A DNA stretch of 64,000 nucleotides from an uncultured Solirubrobacterales bacterium (lineage in GTDB: Bacteria; Actinomycetota; Thermoleophilia; Solirubrobacterales; Solirubrobacteraceae), in the NCBI GenBank assembly GCA_963714025.1, contig OY970221.1, positions 1,519,901 to 1,583,900 of the forward strand, in the 5' to 3' direction. Below the pieces are notes generated by a model. The model was not told where the DNA came from. It did not search any database and saw only the letters and a program-made list of their open reading frames with translations. The translations under genes and the position numbers were made by a program. Positions 60,141-64,000 of this stretch are shown here, piece by piece (within the stretch, counting starts at the first letter, position 1; each line of letters opens with the position of its first letter).

Positions 60141-60404
60141 ATGGACCTCGTAAGCGTCACGTCCGCACAAGTCCTTGACCACTATCGGCTGCGGCTTGGC
60201 TTCAGCGATGGCAGCTCGCGCGATGTCGACCTCACCGGTGAGTTGCACGGCCCCGTGTTCGAGCCACTTGCTGATCCCGACTTCTTTGCACAGGTGCGCG
60301 TTGACGATCAACTGGGGACCGTCGTATGGCCCAATGGTGCAGACCTCGACCCCCTCGTGCTCCACGGCGACTTCGAGCCGGCCTCGCGCTTCGCCCATCG
60401 GTGA
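60141..60404 (+). CDS. DUF2442-family protein; putative antitoxin
   Basis: LRLGFSDG, FEPL, TVVWPNGADLDP. Confidence 0.85.
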   Translation: MDLVSVTSAQVLDHYRLRLGFSDGSSRDVDLTGELHGPVFEPLADPDFFAQVRVDDQLGTVVWPNGADLDPLVLHGDFEPASRFAHR

Positions 60405-60446
60405 GCGCGGCTACCTTTCGAGGCATCGCCGCCCGACAATTGTGTA

Positions 60447-60519
60447 TGGGCCGTGTAGGAATCGAACCTACAACCTTGGGCTTAAGAGGCCCCTGCTCTG
60501 CCGGTTGAGCTAACGGCCC
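60447..60519 (-). tRNA. tRNA-Lys (CTT)
   Basis: Reverse complement GGGCCGTTAGCTCAACCGGCAGAGCAGGGGCCTCTTAAGCCCAAGGTTGTAGGTTCGATTCCTACACGGCCCA; anticodon CTT. Confidence 0.94.
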
Positions 60520-60589
60520 GTGAGCGCGTCGGCGAAGGATCGACCGACTCGGCGCTGATTCTATCCAAGCCGCCCCGGCATCCGCACCC

Positions 60590-61472
60590 TCAGAAGACGA
60601 TCGTCCGCCGCCCGTCGACGATCACGCGGTCGTCGAGGTGCAGCGCCACCGCGCGGGCGAGCACCAGGCGCTCGATGTCGCGGCCCACGCGCTCGAGGTT
60701 CTCGGCGCTCTGACGGTGATCGACGCGCACGACGTCCTGGTCGATGATCGGACCGTCGTCGAGCTGCTCGGTGACGTAGTGCGCGGTGGCCCCGATCAGC
60801 TTGACTCCCCGCTCGCGTGCCTGCCGATACGGGTCGGCGCCGGCGAATGCGGGCAGGAAAGAGTGATGGATGTTGATCGCGGGCGCTCTCAGGCGTTCGA
60901 GGAAGTCGCCGCTGAGGATCTGCATGTAGCGGGCGAGCACCACCAGGTCGGCCTCGCCCGTCAGCAGGTCGAGCATCGCCGCTTCGGCCCAGGGCTTGTC
61001 CTCGGCGCGCACCGGCACATAGTGGTAGGGGACGCCCACGGCCTCTGTCTCGTGGCGCAGGTCTTCGTGGTTGGAGAGCACCGCCACGACCTCGCCGTCC
61101 AGATCGCCACGGCGCCAGCGCCACAGCAGATCGAGTAGGCAGTGATCGTGGCGGGAGACGAGGATCGCGATCCGCCGACGCTCGCCCCAGTAGCGGATCT
61201 CCCAATCCATGCCCAGACCGTCGGCCACCTCGGTCGCGAACAGTCGCTCGAACCGCTGCCTGGCCTCGGCTGCGCCGGTTGGCGCTCCCAGCTCGCGCAA
61301 GAAGAACTCGGTGCGCATGAAGAAGCGCCCGCCCGTCGGGTCGGTCGAGTATTGGTGGGAGGAGACGATGTTGGCGCCCTGCTCGAGCAGAAAGCCCGAG
61401 ACGGCAGCAACGATTCCCGGTCGGTCCGCGCAGCCGATCAGCAGACGCGCCGTATAGCGCTGGGGCCGACAT
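60590..61472 (-). CDS. purU: Formyltetrahydrofolate deformylase; probable +1 indel in the G-run near 61463
   Basis: ACT domain [48 protein letters not shown]. Confidence 0.93.
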
Positions 61473-61492
61473 CCCGACCGACCTATCCCGGC

Positions 61493-62254
61493 CTATTTCG
61501 TCGTCGTCGTGGAGCTGCCGGTCGTCGCGGGGACCGTGGTGGTGCCGGCACCCTGCCGTACTTCGGTCGCGCCTGTCGTCGCGCCTTCGCTGCCGTTCGG
61601 ATGTGCCTTGATCGCGGCTAGCTGCTTCTTCAGCTGCGTGCGCTGGGCCGCGGGCGCGAGCGCGACCGCCTTGGCCGAGGCGAGATCGCCGATGCGGGTG
61701 TTGTTGGCTTTGTAGGCGTACTCCGCTAATGCCGCATACAGCGACGCCTTATATTGCGGAGTGCTTTCCGACTTCGTGGGGATCACGATCTGCAGCACCT
61801 TGACCACTTCGGCGGGCTCGTTGAGCCCTTCTTCGCCGAACACCCGCTCCATCTGCAGCGCCAGCTGGGAGTTGGGTTTGGACGGTTTCAGCGCGATGTA
61901 GCTGTTCCACGATTGGGCGGTCTGCCCGAACAGTTCATGGCCCTTCGCCGTCAGCCGCTGATTGGCGAAGTAGGCTTCGCCGCCGGCTTCGTGCAGCTGG
62001 GCGAGCGTCAGTTGTTCCCACGCGTAGACGTTGTTTGGCTGCTTTTGGGTGAGCTTCTTGTACTTGTCGATCTGCGCCGAGAAGCTCGCGCTGGAGGAGC
62101 CTTCGTTGCCGGACAGGGAGTTCAAGAGCCCACCGCCACCGACGCCGGCGCCGACGCCGAAGAACACGAGGCCGGCCCCGATCAGCAGCGCGAGGCCGCC
62201 GTAAATCACCTTGACCGTGCGGCGACGGCCGCGGCCACGCAGATCGAACAGCAT
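61493..62254 (-). CDS. Membrane-anchored, helical (TPR-like) hypothetical protein
   Basis: MLFDLRGRGRRRTVKVIYGG plus a TM segment, then a helical domain and Thr-rich tail; coupled to the tatC stop. Confidence 0.7.
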   Translation of the reverse strand: MLFDLRGRGRRRTVKVIYGGLALLIGAGLVFFGVGAGVGGGGLLNSLSGNEGSSSASFSAQIDKYKKLTQKQPNNVYAWEQLTLAQLHEAGGEAYFANQRLTAKGHELFGQTAQSWNSYIALKPSKPNSQLALQMERVFGEEGLNEPAEVVKVLQIVIPTKSESTPQYKASLYAALAEYAYKANNTRIGDLASAKAVALAPAAQRTQLKKQLAAIKAHPNGSEGATTGATEVRQGAGTTTVPATTGSSTTTTK

Positions 62255-63316
62255 CAGCTCAGCTCGCTGTCGGTGTGATCGATGATCTGTTGCACGCTTG
62301 GCTCCGTCCTCTGCTCTGTGGGGGCACCACCGTCGGGCGGGCGCCCTGGACCCGGTGTCTGGCGTTCGCGCGCGCGCTCGCGGCGTTCGACAAACGACGC
62401 GAGCAGGATACTCGCCTCGTAGAGCACATACAGCGGGATGGTCTCCAGCAGCAGCGTGATCGCGTCTCCGGGCAGGAACGCCGCGATCGCAGCGCAGGCC
62501 ACGATCGCGTAGCGGCGGTTGTGGCGGAGCTGTTGCGGGGTGACGATCCCGACGCGGGTCGCGGCGAGGATCGCGACCGGCACCTGGAAGACGAGACCCA
62601 TCGCGAGCAGCACCGTTGCGGCGAACTTGTAGTAGGGACCGGCCTGCACGAGCACGTTGAACTCGCCGCTGTTGAAGTTCTGGAAGAAGCGCACGGCGGC
62701 CGGCAGCACGACGAAGTAGCCGAACAGCACACCGATCGCGAACAAGCATGGAATCGCCGCGAGCAGGGGCAGCGCGATGCGTCTCTCACTGGGACTGAAG
62801 CGCCGGCAGCACGAACCCGTAGAGCTGGAACAGGACGATCGGCAGCGAGAACACCAGCGCGAACAGCAGGGTGACCCCGAGCGTGGTAGTGAACGGCTCG
62901 CCGATGCCGAGCGTCACGGGCTTGTTGCCCTGCGGAACGCGCGGGATCTTCGCGACGTCGGCCTGGAGCCGGGGTATCTCCGCGGCGAGCGCCGCCCGAG
63001 TCGCGGGCGGGAGCTTGCTGGCGGGATCGGCCAGCGTCGCGGCGATCCCCTGCACGTCGCGCGCGACCGCGAGCACGCCCTGCTGCGCCAGCGCGGTCTG
63101 GCCGAGCGGGCCGTTGCCCTGCTCGACCTGTTTCTGGGTCTGGTGCTCGAGCGGCCGGTTGATGATTTCCAGCAGCGCGTGGTTCTGCCACAGGCAGACT
63201 CCGAAGGCGACCGCGACCGCGACGGCGCTGACGATCAGGCGCGTGCGCAACTCTTCGAGATGATCGACGAGGCTGAGCTTGTCTTCGTGGCCGATCGTGC
63301 GGATCGCTGTGGCCAT
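62254..63316 (-). CDS. tatC: Twin-arginine translocase subunit TatC; frameshift near 62790
   Basis: LSLVDHLEELRTRL, EPF, YGFVLPAL, FQVP, RRYAIV, LYEASI. Confidence 0.92.
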
Positions 63317-63499
63317 GTCCTCATGAACGTAGCACCGGGCGTTTTGGCTCACACCCGGGAGCGCGCGCGCTTCTCGCCGACATGGAGCGCGGGGCGCATG
63401 GAGCGCGGGACACGGTCATCGACACGGCGAGCGCGCAGCCTTTTGGCCATGAGCCCTAAAGGGAAGCGGCGCGTGGGTCGATTACTCCAGAGCAAGCCC

Positions 63500-63976
63500 A
63501 TGTCAGACACGAGCCCCCACATACGTCACCGCGTGCAGATGCCCGACGGCAAGCATGTCGAGGTCACCTACCGCGATCAGCGCAACGCACCGCAGTCCGC
63601 GTATGCGCCCGAGCCTTCATACGAGCCGGATTCGGCCGCAGCGCTCGACCCGGTGTTCACGACCGACCCGGCCTGTCCGCCGCAGGAGCTGCACGTCTGC
63701 TTCAACTGCGCCGGCGAGCTCGTCTACCCGCTCGACTGGACCGAAGAGGGCGACAGGCACTGGCGAATCGTGCTGCGCTGCCCGGAGTGCGAGGCGCACC
63801 GTGAGGGCGTCTTCGAGCAAAGCATCGTGGAGCGGCTGGACGACGAGCTCGATCGCGGCGCGGGCGCCCTCTTGAGCGATCTGAAGCGCCTCACACACGC
63901 GAACATGACCGACGAGGTCGAGTTCTTCGTGCGCGCCCTGCACGCCGACCTGATCACCCCCAGCGACTTCTCCTAA
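63500..63976 (+). CDS. Hypothetical protein with two CxxC motifs (Zn-ribbon-like)
   Basis: CFNC...LVYPLDW...W..LRCPEC; C-terminal LITPSDF. Confidence 0.72.
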   Translation: MSDTSPHIRHRVQMPDGKHVEVTYRDQRNAPQSAYAPEPSYEPDSAAALDPVFTTDPACPPQELHVCFNCAGELVYPLDWTEEGDRHWRIVLRCPECEAHREGVFEQSIVERLDDELDRGAGALLSDLKRLTHANMTDEVEFFVRALHADLITPSDFS

Positions 63977-64000
63977 GCCCGGCGTCTAGCGATAGCGCTC

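Overview
High-GC bacterial chromosomal window whose gene content suggests Actinomycetota, probably Thermoleophilia/Solirubrobacterales (inference). It is mostly housekeeping: an Opp-type ABC transporter, rarA, a heme/ccmABCD cluster, birA, an SF2 helicase, galT, pyrE, cell-envelope genes, infA, thiL, trehalose synthesis, rpsF-ssb-rpsR-rplI-dnaB-dnaC-like-purA, glyA, purU and tatC. Two integrase-less accessory islets lie 3' of tRNA-Arg(CCT) (about 21.25-27.56 kb) and tRNA-Lys(CTT) (about 53.5-60.44 kb). Many genes at 3-21 kb and 61-63 kb carry single-base frameshifts that look like assembly indels. The most striking unexplained signal is a pair of intergenic arrays (17241-17360 and 42899-43019). 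Each has five abutting 24-bp palindromes (9 of 10 perfect) that share a CATG centre but differ in their arms. Three units are homologous between the arrays, in reversed order, and differ by mirrored substitutions. The second candidate system is an AT-richer islet with an XRE regulator, operator dyads, a small protein and an 897-aa HD-phosphohydrolase/PRTase-like fusion, possibly anti-phage defence.
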